DNA from: a virus
DNA: 64,000 nt
Direction: 5' to 3' (one strand)
IMG/VR virus record: IMGVR_UViG_3300020477_001849
Location: 1-64,000 of that record
Below the pieces are notes generated by a model that made no database searches, had not been told where the DNA came from, and saw nothing but the letters and a program-made list of their open reading frames with translations. A program made the translations under genes and the position numbers. Positions 9,601 to 19,521 of the stretch are shown in pieces (positions within the stretch are counted from its first letter, which is position 1; every line of letters begins with the position of its first letter).

Positions 9601-10590
9601 TGCATTATCTGAAAATGGAGCCCTAGATATCCCTGCCCTCCAGTCCGCGTCCCCGGTCCGGTCTATAACAGGGTAATCGTATAACATCACATCGTCCATC
9701 TCCCTTCGCCTTAAACGCGGCGGGGTATCGAGAAAACCAGATGATAAATTATATGCGCCTAACCTATATGAATTATTTAACGCTTGGATCTCTGTGGGGG
9801 TGAGAACCCTTGAGAAAACTGCGAAGTCTGAAACCCTACCGTCAAGTTCATCGGTTCCATCTTGCTGGCCACCGACATACAGCCTACCGGCGTGGTATGG
9901 TACCATACCGACGTAACTAGAATTATTGATATACCCTGCAGATACATCAACCCCATTCATGTATATTTTCATGCCGTTTGCTGCAGAGGCGTCGGAGACA
10001 GCCGCTGCGGCATTACCGTCGTATGTAAATACCAAATGCATCCAATAACCAGGTGCAACAATGGCAGGTGACACAACGACAGCTGTGGCGGAGCTGGCGC
10101 TGCTGTCCTCTAGCTTAAAATATACTTTATTATCGAGATGACTAGCATATGCCCTATACTCATTGTCGTCCGATGCTCCACCGCTTTTACCAAAAAGATA
10201 TTGAATACCAGTGATATTGTCGAAGTTTACCCACATGCTGACGGAGAAAGGGCGGTCCGAAGTTACTGTGGGGGTACCCCCATTTCCCAAAGAGCTGAAT
10301 GACAGTAGGCCGGAGGCAGCAGTTGCATATGCACTCTGGGCCGATGAATCGTTACATCTCACAGCGCGATATATAAAACCTCGATGAGGTGCAAACTGGA
10401 CCTCAGATGTAGGTGCAGAATTTTCGTATGAAACAGTCGAGATCTTGTTGGGCCCTGCATCTGTTGGTGTTGTGGCTGTCATTCGTAACCACATTACCAA
10501 GTTGGAATATGCATCAACGCCATAAACGTTTCCGCGCCAGTCCTTAAATGCCCTATTAAGATCTATCGTTTTTGTACTAGTCGCCTTCAT
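6700..10590 (-). CDS. Virion structural protein with N-terminal LamG/concanavalin A-like domain
   Basis: FSVSMWVN...WMHLVFTYDG...KIYMNG...DGRVSDFAVFSRVLTPTEI is a LamG signature; lies in tail/baseplate module. Confidence 0.7.
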   Translation of the reverse strand: MKATSTKTIDLNRAFKDWRGNVYGVDAYSNLVMWLRMTATTPTDAGPNKISTVSYENSAPTSEVQFAPHRGFIYRAVRCNDSSAQSAYATAASGLLSFSSLGNGGTPTVTSDRPFSVSMWVNFDNITGIQYLFGKSGGASDDNEYRAYASHLDNKVYFKLEDSSASSATAVVVSPAIVAPGYWMHLVFTYDGNAAAAVSDASAANGMKIYMNGVDVSAGYINNSSYVGMVPYHAGRLYVGGQQDGTDELDGRVSDFAVFSRVLTPTEIQALNNSYRLGAYNLSSGFLDTPPRLRRREMDDVMLYDYPVIDRTGDADWRAGISRAPFSDNATVMFTSASSGTTPDRLIQYPEMMPLSGFYYNDMTSFSTAPYFNMHQSDRFVATPNVSSSIRIAGSVPQTSYIGQSTFYGIDMRRQFGSSFGLSPFDESKVYLSSSNSPSFPNFWSTGTEESILPGFSMPLRDKTIIEIKSTPLVESKVCFSTGTTIVTNGSSYPSSNAGAAAGINSGILYYAWDSRKFEIIGDLTTGSNVDYMSGRTHQVTSSYLVCPQNATYYSYTWDPSTGGPGNLNRQWDGQGAPSSSPCGFPLASKFNATASHYLSMKNYISQPFLLEKVVLEASGAFGGPGYELQSDRPRDSASTTTFILMRSSQPDPWLNFSSTASTPIRFLDRNNYSAGWTGNRWARFEQTQDQDIIWYNRVGVFSTDTNGWDTVSEFSASSPIPFQMADTWVPAPTDGGTAGDKSSFTGSVRMEAPCRMMSVAPATNRPLSGRSWWNWVLDGNTYASAPNKGDWFLPGNYYGGTSLFSSVSPRKLSRTVAGGQPVAQQFAVAGTPGLGYPIFNKVVDVSPYLLFPNDNLVLGVIRQMTPTNVSSAGSVSYMQVTESDIAGFPDHITGRDFSSKIATGEIKLTLYGSLVKGGSEFHFGSNQPLTSLAVHEDVHYDSGPILDQFLVEKDISYAGGYLDEVYVGTLRPKKPYGTGRGYIATRRVAGRTSMGTQGVTGSLLRGVKLRDSTERYYDSLLPDINQYFSKRTISGSVFHSRNMGGSSTGGFKRLGSKRAYYLSGALELNGTPGTSFGNFQWKGNASLPWPYLGDPERDYRDARSVMVFSASSDNSKISFIKGYSRVKEAMFRYGLNRSYPGTILDKATNSTTPVTIRLSDGKFMSGATGFRYGIVSTSPLYSEAVFRYDRYGQLRDMLEQRHDTRFWNAAPDVVSPKGDSPIKIIFVDRASDSPISPSQTMSQNLSYFATSSVPYFDGRAVERGDDPDKIQQVTVTEILDPVNMSPPGTGIPGLT

Positions 10591-11597
10591 TACTTCTTAA
10601 ATCCCCCGAAAGCTAAAGAGTCAGTACCCATTTTCCACCCTGGTGCATTGGATGTTGAGTATGTAAAACCTGCAGTTGTCGAAACACATTTCGAAGGCTG
10701 GCCGTAGAAACTCTCTATCTTTGATCCCGTCATTGCTGCAACTGCATTTGCTATCGGCGTTGTTCCCATAAATGTTGGCCCGAACCCATCCTTTGAATAT
10801 ACATACTCATACCTCCACCCTACATTGACGCTTGTCTCTACAAAATTACTTGTAGTTGAAGCAGCAGGTACCTTTACAACCACATCATTAAAGACGCTGC
10901 TTATCTTCTTTTTTGCCTCTATTGACTTAAGCGAAAATGAATTCATGTCATTATAAGGAGGAATATTTGCCTCCTTTAAATCTACGTACTGTGCAACTTC
11001 GCCGTCAGCATCGCCAGGGGTCATATAATATAACTCAGCCTTAACCCCCCTAAAAAATGCTGCCTTAAGCTTTCCTGATGGGAATGAAGGAGGTAGGTTA
11101 TTAAACGAAAAATCCACAAGTCTGCGGATGGGGAATGGCTCAATGACTCCATCCATCTGATCTAAGGAACGCAGGGAAGAATACCTAACAGCCAGTGGTA
11201 ATGTACCTGAATTTTCCGCGGAGGTGAGGGTGATCATCTTATCAAGGGTGCCACTAACTATTGCATTTTTTTCTACGAACGGAGTTCCTTCTTTAAAGCC
11301 TGTATCGGACTCGCCAAAAACGTCATGAACCCACAGATGATTAATAATTGTCTTGTATCCAGGGGGTGCATTCAAACGCTCACGGGGACTACCTGCAGCC
11401 TGATCGTCGAATGCTTTAAATGTTAGGGAATTATAGTCTGTGACAACAGGTTCGACAGATCCAGAAACCAATATTGCATAGGGCGTACCAACTGAGATTC
11501 TAGGAAATAGAGATCTATGCAGCTGGCCAAATGTCCTTATACTGACGCCTTGACGAAATTTGTCTATCGTTCCGCTTAATGTTCTGGTTGTTGGCAT
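10590..11597 (-). CDS. Hypothetical virion protein
   Basis: 335-aa ORF with GGGAG RBS, coupled (TAATG overlap) to the downstream structural gene. Confidence 0.55.
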   Translation of the reverse strand: MPTTRTLSGTIDKFRQGVSIRTFGQLHRSLFPRISVGTPYAILVSGSVEPVVTDYNSLTFKAFDDQAAGSPRERLNAPPGYKTIINHLWVHDVFGESDTGFKEGTPFVEKNAIVSGTLDKMITLTSAENSGTLPLAVRYSSLRSLDQMDGVIEPFPIRRLVDFSFNNLPPSFPSGKLKAAFFRGVKAELYYMTPGDADGEVAQYVDLKEANIPPYNDMNSFSLKSIEAKKKISSVFNDVVVKVPAASTTSNFVETSVNVGWRYEYVYSKDGFGPTFMGTTPIANAVAAMTGSKIESFYGQPSKCVSTTAGFTYSTSNAPGWKMGTDSLAFGGFKK

Positions 11598-11610
11598 ATT
11601 ATCTCCCTAT

Positions 11611-14600
11611 CTATGAACCTTCGACATCGGCGGTGAGTGTATCCAGGTCTAATAGTACCGCGGTTGGTAGAGGTATGGCACCTTGCGGTAAGTATGCTGG
11701 TGCAAAATTATATTGCATCTTGGCACGCTCAAGTATATGAGATTCAATAGTAAATTGTACCCCCAAGAATTCTGTCTTTTTTGGAAGTAATTGCTCTATC
11801 ATAATTCCTACAGAGTCGTCAAACCACCTAAAAAACTCAAAGAATTCTTTAATCTGGATCCTACCCGTTAGTCGATTGAAATAGATATCACGCAATCTCC
11901 TAAGATCTGGATAGCTAGATGCGAACAGTAGCTCTGGATTTCCTAGGGAATTCTCAAAATCTTCCAAGGTGCCAAAGATCTTAATAATATCTTCATTCAA
12001 TGCCTGGACAAATGAATTCTCAATTAAAAAACGTGTGTCGTCCCAAGGCTCTTCGTTCGGGGGAATTTGATATGCAGGGGCACCCTGTGTTCTTTGATCA
12101 TCAATATTCTCTTGATCCAGGAAGCCCCTCACCCTAATCTTATTAAATGAGCTTCTTTCATCAAATTTAGGATCAATCGTGCTGTAGTATGTTAACCACG
12201 GTTTAATAATTTCTCGTTGAGGCACAAAGCCTGCACCTAACATCATAAACCTCTGCCTCGACGGATAGACGGGGATACCTCTGCTACCAGTAAGGTTCCA
12301 TGGAGCACCGTATGTGCCCGTTAGGGATAAATTTTGAGTAAAATCAAAAAATGACAGCTCACCGTTAACAGAAGATTGCGTGACTATCTGGTCCATACTA
12401 ACGTCTAATCGTAATCTCTCAAATGAACCCGTGGGTGTATGAATAAAATTAAAGTGTTTATTTGGGTATACTGTACCCAAAGATTCAGGGTCCCTTATAT
12501 GTGCCTTAACCTCCTCGCTGGTTAATGCCTTTGACCAAAACCTTATTTTCCCTATCTTACCTGAGAAGTTTGTCGACCTTGCAGTCTCAGATGAATACCT
12601 AGAATCGTTTAAGCCGGGAACATAATATCTGATTGCATTACTTTCTATTCCATTCTGGAGGCTTTGAGATCCAATCGCCAAAAAACACCCGCGGTCGATC
12701 CCGAACGCACTCGCGAAACCATCACCTGCTGATGAACATGACCACCAATCCCACACGCTAACGCTAGTGCCATATTTTGGCACTGTTGAATTTACTGATT
12801 TTGTCTCACCAAAAAAAGAGCTTGTATGATAAAATGATAAAATAGAGCCGTTATTTTGCGAGCCGGCATTTATAAAATATGATGCCGTCGGTGCATGCTC
12901 GGCAGTGCGATTAGGCTGAATTTGTTGCGGTGCCACACGCCCGAAGGATATATGCCACTGTTGCCCATCAAATATATTGACGCCTGTCATAACTAGCTTA
13001 AATGAATTGTCAGGATCAGTCGCATTCTTGATAGACCGACCCCCAGGTCGTACATGCAACTGTAAAGATGATGTTATATTCTCGCTAATAGAGCCAGATA
13101 TAGCTACACAGTTTAATAGTGCATATTGCCCTTTATTGTATGCAAGCTTCGCAGAAGTCATTCCTAACATGCCACCTGTCATATGAATTCTCATCAAACT
13201 TTGGGTCGTATGATGCCGAACTCCTGGCAGCGGAGACTCTAAAAATTGATAAAGACCCTCGACGGTAAATGACCCGCTTGTAAACAGCCCGTCTTGAGGG
13301 TGAGTAGACCTCCCATGGGGGGGATAGAGCTTCTTATTTGCCATATTCTCAGGATTGATTGTTGGCATTCCTACCTCAAGCCTTGCACCTGATAGGAATG
13401 TTGACATTGCATGCGGAATTTTCTTATTAAAACCGGTGGGGTCATTCGACGCCGGTAAATGAGCCGTATTCGATATTATAGACCCAGAAAAGTCTGCCAT
13501 TCTTAGAATTGATCTCTTTGGCCTATACGTCTCTATTAACTCTCTAGACCGAGCACCGCCAAATTCCCTAAACTTGAAATTACTCTCAGGATCTATTCCG
13601 CATGAGCGTATAAGCGACTTAATGGAGTGTATTGTGCCCTTACTTTGTGTAATATTCCTAAGGTTTACAAGAACTCTTCGCCACATTTGGTTCTGGACAA
13701 ACCTCAAGCTATTTTTACTAAATTGGGCGTTTACTAGTAAGTCTTCTCCCTCTATGTACTGTTTAATTTGAGCATTTGTATAAAAGCTTGGAAGCGGAAA
13801 CCCATAGTATTGCCCTAAGAATGTCAAGAACTGGTTTGCGATCGTCCTATCTTCTTCATACTTAACAGTTAATAACTTGCCGAACTGGTCGGTGAACATC
13901 TTTAGTTCATCAAAATATGAAGACCACATCAACATCATCAATGTGATTATTTGAGGAGAACCTATCTTACCGCCACCGGGAAAATTAACAGATCCGGTTG
14001 CATAAGGTTTTCCTACATCACCCTCCTCAGTCTTAAATCCTTGAAATTCTTGAGACTCCAGAAGGTAATGCCTAGGAATTAACCTAGTAATTAAGTTGGG
14101 ATTATTAAAATCATAGTTGCTAGCAGAAAATAGAAGCCTTTGATTTAAGCTGGCGACTGCATTCTCAGTCGGAAACAAGATCGGATTAACATCTTTTCTC
14201 TCATTCTTTAGGGGCATTGTAAGCCCGACTGTAGCTGTCTCTGATCCTCCCTCACCTCTATTTCTTGCCCTAAGAGATGAAGTAAAATTAGATATTTTTG
14301 AATGCAGCGAATTCCCTGAACTGTCTAGGACAATAAAATTGTTCGTATACGACCCCGTGGGTTCATTGAACTTGAAATACAACCTAAGATCTTTCGAGGG
14401 AAAAACATTTTTAAATTGGAATTTTCTTTGTTGTCCCGGGGACCTAAATTCATGCCAAACCCTAAATTCGTCTATTGCTCCTGAAAATGTTTGGAGAGGT
14501 GTAAAGTATGAACTCGCTCCCGTTGATGATGTTAAAACAGTGGATCCTGACCCAATTATAAAGTCGGAGGATTCAAATGGCAATCCTTCAAATTTATATG

Positions 14601-15423
14601 ATGTTGCGGACTGCTCCTTGAACACGCCGCTTTGGTACATCTTTATCCTGTGTTGACCAGACCTCCTATCTAATGACAGACAAACATTATTGAATTTGCC
14701 TTTAGGCAGTGACATACTAGAAACTAGATTTGCTGTTCCTGACGAAACATGCATGAATAATGAAACATTCTCCTCGGCGATGTCACTACGCTCTATGCCT
14801 ACTGTCAATGCACCCTCTGAAGAAGACTTTTGTATAATGACCTGCTCATCATGTGTATGTAAAGGCACCCATACGGTCATCTCGAATGTTAACGTTTGTA
14901 TACCTGTTGGGCCTATTATTACCTGACCAGATTCATCTTTTGAGAGTGAAGGAATGAGAGATCCAGCAGCATCTTTAACTTTTATATACGTTCCTGACGA
15001 CCCACCTGGAACTTGTCCCGTGTTAGTTCCTGAAAAGTGGAGGAATCCGAGATGTTTTGGAAACTGCTTGTATACCCAATGCTCGAACCCTGATAGGTCG
15101 TCTAAAAATTTCTCTAAGTCCTTTCTGTCTCCGTCAAATGGAAACCGATTAATAACCTTGTCAAAAGCGATATTAACCTTAGACTCAGCTGAATTATAAA
15201 ATGTATGATTTTCAAATTTGGAGAAATCAATTGCCAGCTGTTGCGTCGACTTTATAGGCCCGGAGGGTGCATCATACCGAAATGACGAAGTGCTTGAAAT
15301 ATTAGAGGAAGACAACGACGCGCCAACCTGACCTCTAAGAATATTGGCATTATAGGTCATTCTTTTTAGGGTCTCGACTGAGAACAAGTCCCTCTGCTTA
15401 AATAACGGATTTGTCTTGGCCAT
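11611..15423 (-). CDS. Baseplate wedge/tail protein with LamG-like domains
   Basis: FSGAIDEFRVW and FSGKIGKIRFWSKAL LamG ends; central SKGTIHSIKSLIRSCGI resembles the P2 gpI/T4 gp7 wedge motif; downstream of baseplate J. Confidence 0.65.
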   Translation of the reverse strand: MAKTNPLFKQRDLFSVETLKRMTYNANILRGQVGASLSSSNISSTSSFRYDAPSGPIKSTQQLAIDFSKFENHTFYNSAESKVNIAFDKVINRFPFDGDRKDLEKFLDDLSGFEHWVYKQFPKHLGFLHFSGTNTGQVPGGSSGTYIKVKDAAGSLIPSLSKDESGQVIIGPTGIQTLTFEMTVWVPLHTHDEQVIIQKSSSEGALTVGIERSDIAEENVSLFMHVSSGTANLVSSMSLPKGKFNNVCLSLDRRSGQHRIKMYQSGVFKEQSATSYKFEGLPFESSDFIIGSGSTVLTSSTGASSYFTPLQTFSGAIDEFRVWHEFRSPGQQRKFQFKNVFPSKDLRLYFKFNEPTGSYTNNFIVLDSSGNSLHSKISNFTSSLRARNRGEGGSETATVGLTMPLKNERKDVNPILFPTENAVASLNQRLLFSASNYDFNNPNLITRLIPRHYLLESQEFQGFKTEEGDVGKPYATGSVNFPGGGKIGSPQIITLMMLMWSSYFDELKMFTDQFGKLLTVKYEEDRTIANQFLTFLGQYYGFPLPSFYTNAQIKQYIEGEDLLVNAQFSKNSLRFVQNQMWRRVLVNLRNITQSKGTIHSIKSLIRSCGIDPESNFKFREFGGARSRELIETYRPKRSILRMADFSGSIISNTAHLPASNDPTGFNKKIPHAMSTFLSGARLEVGMPTINPENMANKKLYPPHGRSTHPQDGLFTSGSFTVEGLYQFLESPLPGVRHHTTQSLMRIHMTGGMLGMTSAKLAYNKGQYALLNCVAISGSISENITSSLQLHVRPGGRSIKNATDPDNSFKLVMTGVNIFDGQQWHISFGRVAPQQIQPNRTAEHAPTASYFINAGSQNNGSILSFYHTSSFFGETKSVNSTVPKYGTSVSVWDWWSCSSAGDGFASAFGIDRGCFLAIGSQSLQNGIESNAIRYYVPGLNDSRYSSETARSTNFSGKIGKIRFWSKALTSEEVKAHIRDPESLGTVYPNKHFNFIHTPTGSFERLRLDVSMDQIVTQSSVNGELSFFDFTQNLSLTGTYGAPWNLTGSRGIPVYPSRQRFMMLGAGFVPQREIIKPWLTYYSTIDPKFDERSSFNKIRVRGFLDQENIDDQRTQGAPAYQIPPNEEPWDDTRFLIENSFVQALNEDIIKIFGTLEDFENSLGNPELLFASSYPDLRRLRDIYFNRLTGRIQIKEFFEFFRWFDDSVGIMIEQLLPKKTEFLGVQFTIESHILERAKMQYNFAPAYLPQGAIPLPTAVLLDLDTLTADVEGS

Positions 15424-15426
15424 GTC

Positions 15427-17034
15427 TTAATCCACCCTAAATCTCACATTTTTAGCTTCTTGGATTAATTCTAACCCAGCTTCCTTGATTAGAAAATCAA
15501 TTGTATATGTCCTACCCTTTGGTAGATAATCTACGTATGTCTCAAAAAACATGCCTTTGGAATCGCTAGATAGCCTAGTAGCATTATTTTTCTCCTCAAA
15601 TGGTACCCATACATAATCATCATCTATATCTCTAATTCTGTAATACACTTCTTCTAAAATAACACTCTTTAAATTGTAGGGTAACCTCGCAGCCTTTTGA
15701 TTCGCAGCAAAATCACGTACAAAAACCCTAAACATTACTTTTTCATTGGACTTATAGGAATTTTTTGCATTTGTGACTATCATATCAAGCCGCTTGGGTG
15801 CAATATTAAATGATGTAGGGTCATTTCTACCCACAGTTAAACTACCGGTATAGTAACCCACTTTCCCATCAACAGAACCCCATATTTCATCAAAGGTTAT
15901 TGATCCACTGGCTATAACAAAATCTATGACCCTTGTACTACCGAATATGACACCGGTGTCTTGGCTAGATATAGCAAATGATGCAGAGTATACACCTGTC
16001 ATGTAGTTGAATATCCTGGTATCAGCTCCAGCTGCAGATATAGAATTATTTAGAACCTTTGTTCCAGCCTGGTGCTGAGATGCTGAAATTTGCTTACTGT
16101 ATGAACCTGATTCTATTTTTAGAATCATGCAATCCGTACCAGTGACTTCAGAGGCAGCAGTACCAGACAATATGCTCGCAGGAATTCCTCTTTTAAAATT
16201 CTTAAGAAATACGGACCCGGTTAAATCAAAAAATAGATTTTGGTGTTGATCTTTTATGGTGTCATCGTACGTAACAACAAGTCTAGGAATTTTTGTCTTA
16301 TCTCTTACATGCCGACTTGCAAACCTCTTAACAAATCTAGTTTTTGCATCATTTTCTTCTGAGCCTGTGAATGACAATCTCCACCCGCAGTCAGGTAACA
16401 CCCCCGCAATGGTTGCTGAGACAATTGTCGTCACATCCATAGACAGGTTCTCGCTTCCCTGCTTAAATAACTGTGAAACCCCTAATCCTGTGGTACCGTT
16501 TCCATCATTTAAATTTCCGGAAACTATAATATCAATATCAGCAGGGTATCCGGTGCCGGATGTCTTGTCAATAGTGCCTTGCGCATTTGCCCCAGAAAGA
16601 TACCATGCAACATTTGATGCATTTTTATAAGATGCAGTAACAAAATTTGCAACGTCTAAATCAGAAAATGACACTACGTTCTTGCCAATCCCTTCGTCAA
16701 ATGATTGTGAGAGTGGAAAAAGCATTAATGTAAAATTAGTGGGGGTTACTTGGCCACCCATAATATCGAAAAGCTCTAATGTACACTTGAAGTCAGAGCC
16801 ATCTAGGTTCAAATTTTCCCTTGATAACTTTTCTATTCTCTCAAAATCAAATTTTATTAGCCCTCGTGATAACTCTACAGGATTATCCACACCGGTCAGA
16901 AATGATTCATCATAAAGCTTAAACAAATCGATGGTGGAAGCTTTTCCCGTATTAGCATCTGAGGCACTAAACGCATTCGATATAATCTTATTCGTGATAT
17001 ATGTGTCTTTGCTAGCAGTTAATGTAAGATACAA
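15427..17034 (-). CDS. Virion/baseplate-associated protein (DNRLRE-like N-terminal domain)
   Basis: ASKDTYI...SRGLIKFD...PRLVVTY pattern; between baseplate genes. Confidence 0.55.
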   Translation of the reverse strand: MYLTLTASKDTYITNKIISNAFSASDANTGKASTIDLFKLYDESFLTGVDNPVELSRGLIKFDFERIEKLSRENLNLDGSDFKCTLELFDIMGGQVTPTNFTLMLFPLSQSFDEGIGKNVVSFSDLDVANFVTASYKNASNVAWYLSGANAQGTIDKTSGTGYPADIDIIVSGNLNDGNGTTGLGVSQLFKQGSENLSMDVTTIVSATIAGVLPDCGWRLSFTGSEENDAKTRFVKRFASRHVRDKTKIPRLVVTYDDTIKDQHQNLFFDLTGSVFLKNFKRGIPASILSGTAASEVTGTDCMILKIESGSYSKQISASQHQAGTKVLNNSISAAGADTRIFNYMTGVYSASFAISSQDTGVIFGSTRVIDFVIASGSITFDEIWGSVDGKVGYYTGSLTVGRNDPTSFNIAPKRLDMIVTNAKNSYKSNEKVMFRVFVRDFAANQKAARLPYNLKSVILEEVYYRIRDIDDDYVWVPFEEKNNATRLSSDSKGMFFETYVDYLPKGRTYTIDFLIKEAGLELIQEAKNVRFRVD

Positions 17035-17043
17035 AATACCCTC

Positions 17044-18897
17044 CTATGAAGCAGTGCCAATTATGTCGAAATCCGGATATCTTAACTCGAATATCCCTCC
17101 CTCCATAGGAACAATCATTCCTTTTATATTCATCTTAGATGGTTCAAATCCTATTATAGAATATTCCCTACCGTTGACTATTCCCACACGAGGTATTATT
17201 TTTGGCATCTCTTGAATTGCTATAACCCCCTCGGTATTAACAATAATATTAACAATATCAGATGTCACTATTGGTTGGCCTATCTGGAAATTCTCTATAG
17301 TTAAGATATCCCTAATGTTAGCTATAACCTCCTGAACAACTGTTGACTTATTGGAGGATGGGTGCGTGACAATCGAAAACTCTACGCCGAAGTTTAGAAC
17401 CCGCGTATCCAAGATGTCCACTGCATCCGAAACTAGCCTAAATTCATTTAAGTACTTTCTTAAATTCTTTTTTAGTGCATCTGGAGATACAGTTAACCTA
17501 CCTTCCCTGTCTAGGCTAATAACATAAAGATTAGATGCAAGAGGGTTCATTGGATTATTTGTAGCCATGGCACGATACACCCTCCCAAACCTAGCAGGTA
17601 ATGTAAATATCCTGGCATATAAATCTGACCTTGTAACCATGCGGGCTTGTGAATTTCTCGTGGATGCTATTGCAGCCCTGAGATCGTCTAGGGTAGGGGG
17701 ATTTAATCCTCCCCCCGCCGGTTGTGTGTTTATAGCTGCGATAGACTGCTTGACACCGTCCGACATTGCTTTTGTTATGCTAGTGTTAGGAAACAATATC
17801 TGTAGAGTCTCTATAGTATTAATTGAATTTGCATTTACGTTATGTGATAACCCACCCCCAAAACGATACTTGATAGAAAGAGTAGTATTAACTGGTGCAA
17901 TTCCCAATGTTTTTGTCTCTAGTAATGAGTTGGGATCTATAACGAACCTAGAGAATGTTTTCTTTCCATATAGCTTTAAGGCTAACTCGCTAGGGTCGGG
18001 AATAATGTCATCGTTAAGAGACTTAGCTGTTCCACCACCGAACTGTAGGGTTGTTATTTTTGTCTTAGGGTCCACTATCTTTACGAACCTGCGAGGGGCA
18101 GGTATGATCTCCATATCCTGCTCTACAAGCGCGCCTTCGGCGTCCGGACGTAGCTTTCCGCCGTATACGACATCATCAACCAATGAAGAAACCTCATAAT
18201 ACTGGTTTCCGTTTGTGTCATAGACGGATATTACTTCAGTCACATTAACATTCCCTAAATCTATTTGCCTAAAGGGTTCATGTACATTAGGGATAAAAAA
18301 TGTCTCGGTTGTTTCTTGGCCTGAAACACAAATACCTTTTTGCGAAATATTATAGGCTGTAGGGGCTCCCTCATAGTCTACGCCGGCTATCGAAACATCT
18401 GCCCTAAGATCTCCGGACTTAAACTGGCTACCCATGTTAATGTCTTCTATCAGCGTAAATTTTATGCCACCAGGACCGACTAAAACTGTTCCCTGTTGTA
18501 TAATGGGCAATGCTGTCCTATTTGGACTACGTACACCATATGAATTTTCTTGATGTGGAACTTGAATAGAGAATGTAATCTCAGCAACCGCAGGAGAAGC
18601 TGTCACTATATCCACGCCGGCGTTCCTCAGGTGTGATATCACATTATCAGGTTCTATTGCAGTAAATGGATTTAGCTCATTAAATTGATGATCTAGATAA
18701 AAAGACAGGTTGTCACCAACCATTGCTGCAAAGTCTAGTAGCATTCCCCCTAATGACGACTCAGAAAAATCTTGTATCTTATCAGGAAAATAAGTCTTTG
18801 CATATCCCAATAAGTCTGCCCTTAGGCTATCAAAATCCTTTGCTAGGTATGTCCTACTACTTACATTCTTTAATTTATTCTTAATATCTTTTGGCAT
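17044..18897 (-). CDS. Baseplate wedge protein (T4 gp6/P2 gpJ-like)
   Basis: YLAKDFDSLRADLLGYAKTYFP..DFSESSLGGMLLD..AMVGDNLSFYLD N-terminus; QARMVTRSD motif. Confidence 0.9.
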   Translation of the reverse strand: MPKDIKNKLKNVSSRTYLAKDFDSLRADLLGYAKTYFPDKIQDFSESSLGGMLLDFAAMVGDNLSFYLDHQFNELNPFTAIEPDNVISHLRNAGVDIVTASPAVAEITFSIQVPHQENSYGVRSPNRTALPIIQQGTVLVGPGGIKFTLIEDINMGSQFKSGDLRADVSIAGVDYEGAPTAYNISQKGICVSGQETTETFFIPNVHEPFRQIDLGNVNVTEVISVYDTNGNQYYEVSSLVDDVVYGGKLRPDAEGALVEQDMEIIPAPRRFVKIVDPKTKITTLQFGGGTAKSLNDDIIPDPSELALKLYGKKTFSRFVIDPNSLLETKTLGIAPVNTTLSIKYRFGGGLSHNVNANSINTIETLQILFPNTSITKAMSDGVKQSIAAINTQPAGGGLNPPTLDDLRAAIASTRNSQARMVTRSDLYARIFTLPARFGRVYRAMATNNPMNPLASNLYVISLDREGRLTVSPDALKKNLRKYLNEFRLVSDAVDILDTRVLNFGVEFSIVTHPSSNKSTVVQEVIANIRDILTIENFQIGQPIVTSDIVNIIVNTEGVIAIQEMPKIIPRVGIVNGREYSIIGFEPSKMNIKGMIVPMEGGIFELRYPDFDIIGTAS

Positions 18898-18903
18898 AAA
18901 TTA

Positions 18904-19386
18904 TCATCCTGCTACATATAGCATTACCTGGACCTGTTTATCAAATGCATTTAAAAGAGGGATATCAAATGTTACCCTAATTCCAATCTTAGCAACATCT
19001 TTGTTGTCAAGGTGATCTGTAAAGGTTGTGAAGTCCTTTAAGGTTATAAATGGCATATATTTTGCAGATGTAGCAGATATTCTCTCCATTGCTACAGCAT
19101 CGATATCTTCACTGCCAAGTTCAAATGTTAATTCTCTTAAATTTGCACCAAAGTCATAATGAACCATCCTCTCACCATGATTTGTTAAGACCATATTTCG
19201 AAAATTATCTACCATCTGATCCCCAATGTCTTTATGCATCTTAAATAAACCGTCATCAGTTTCGCCATACTCTATGGGTGTTTTAATACCCAAGGGTAAT
19301 GCATCCTGTTGTGGTAACAGCTGCTGCTCATCTAAGCTGGAAAGACCTGAGCTGATGAAACTGTATGTCTTTTGGTTTTGTGGCAT
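18904..19386 (-). CDS. Baseplate wedge subunit (gp25/GPW family)
   Basis: NMVLTNHGERMVHYDFGANLRELTFE matches the gp25 LLTxxGER..P.FG motif; adjacent to gp6-like gene. Confidence 0.9.
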   Translation of the reverse strand: MPQNQKTYSFISSGLSSLDEQQLLPQQDALPLGIKTPIEYGETDDGLFKMHKDIGDQMVDNFRNMVLTNHGERMVHYDFGANLRELTFELGSEDIDAVAMERISATSAKYMPFITLKDFTTFTDHLDNKDVAKIGIRVTFDIPLLNAFDKQVQVMLYVAG

Positions 19387-19521
19387 TCTCTGCTCTATAG
19401 AGTTGTCGTTATGGATTAAATATGTACTCTAGCAAATCCTATAACGAATAGAGCTTAAATAAAACACGCGTAGTGATATATACGCTAAAAGATATACAAA
19501 TATCTTAAGATATGACGGCTA

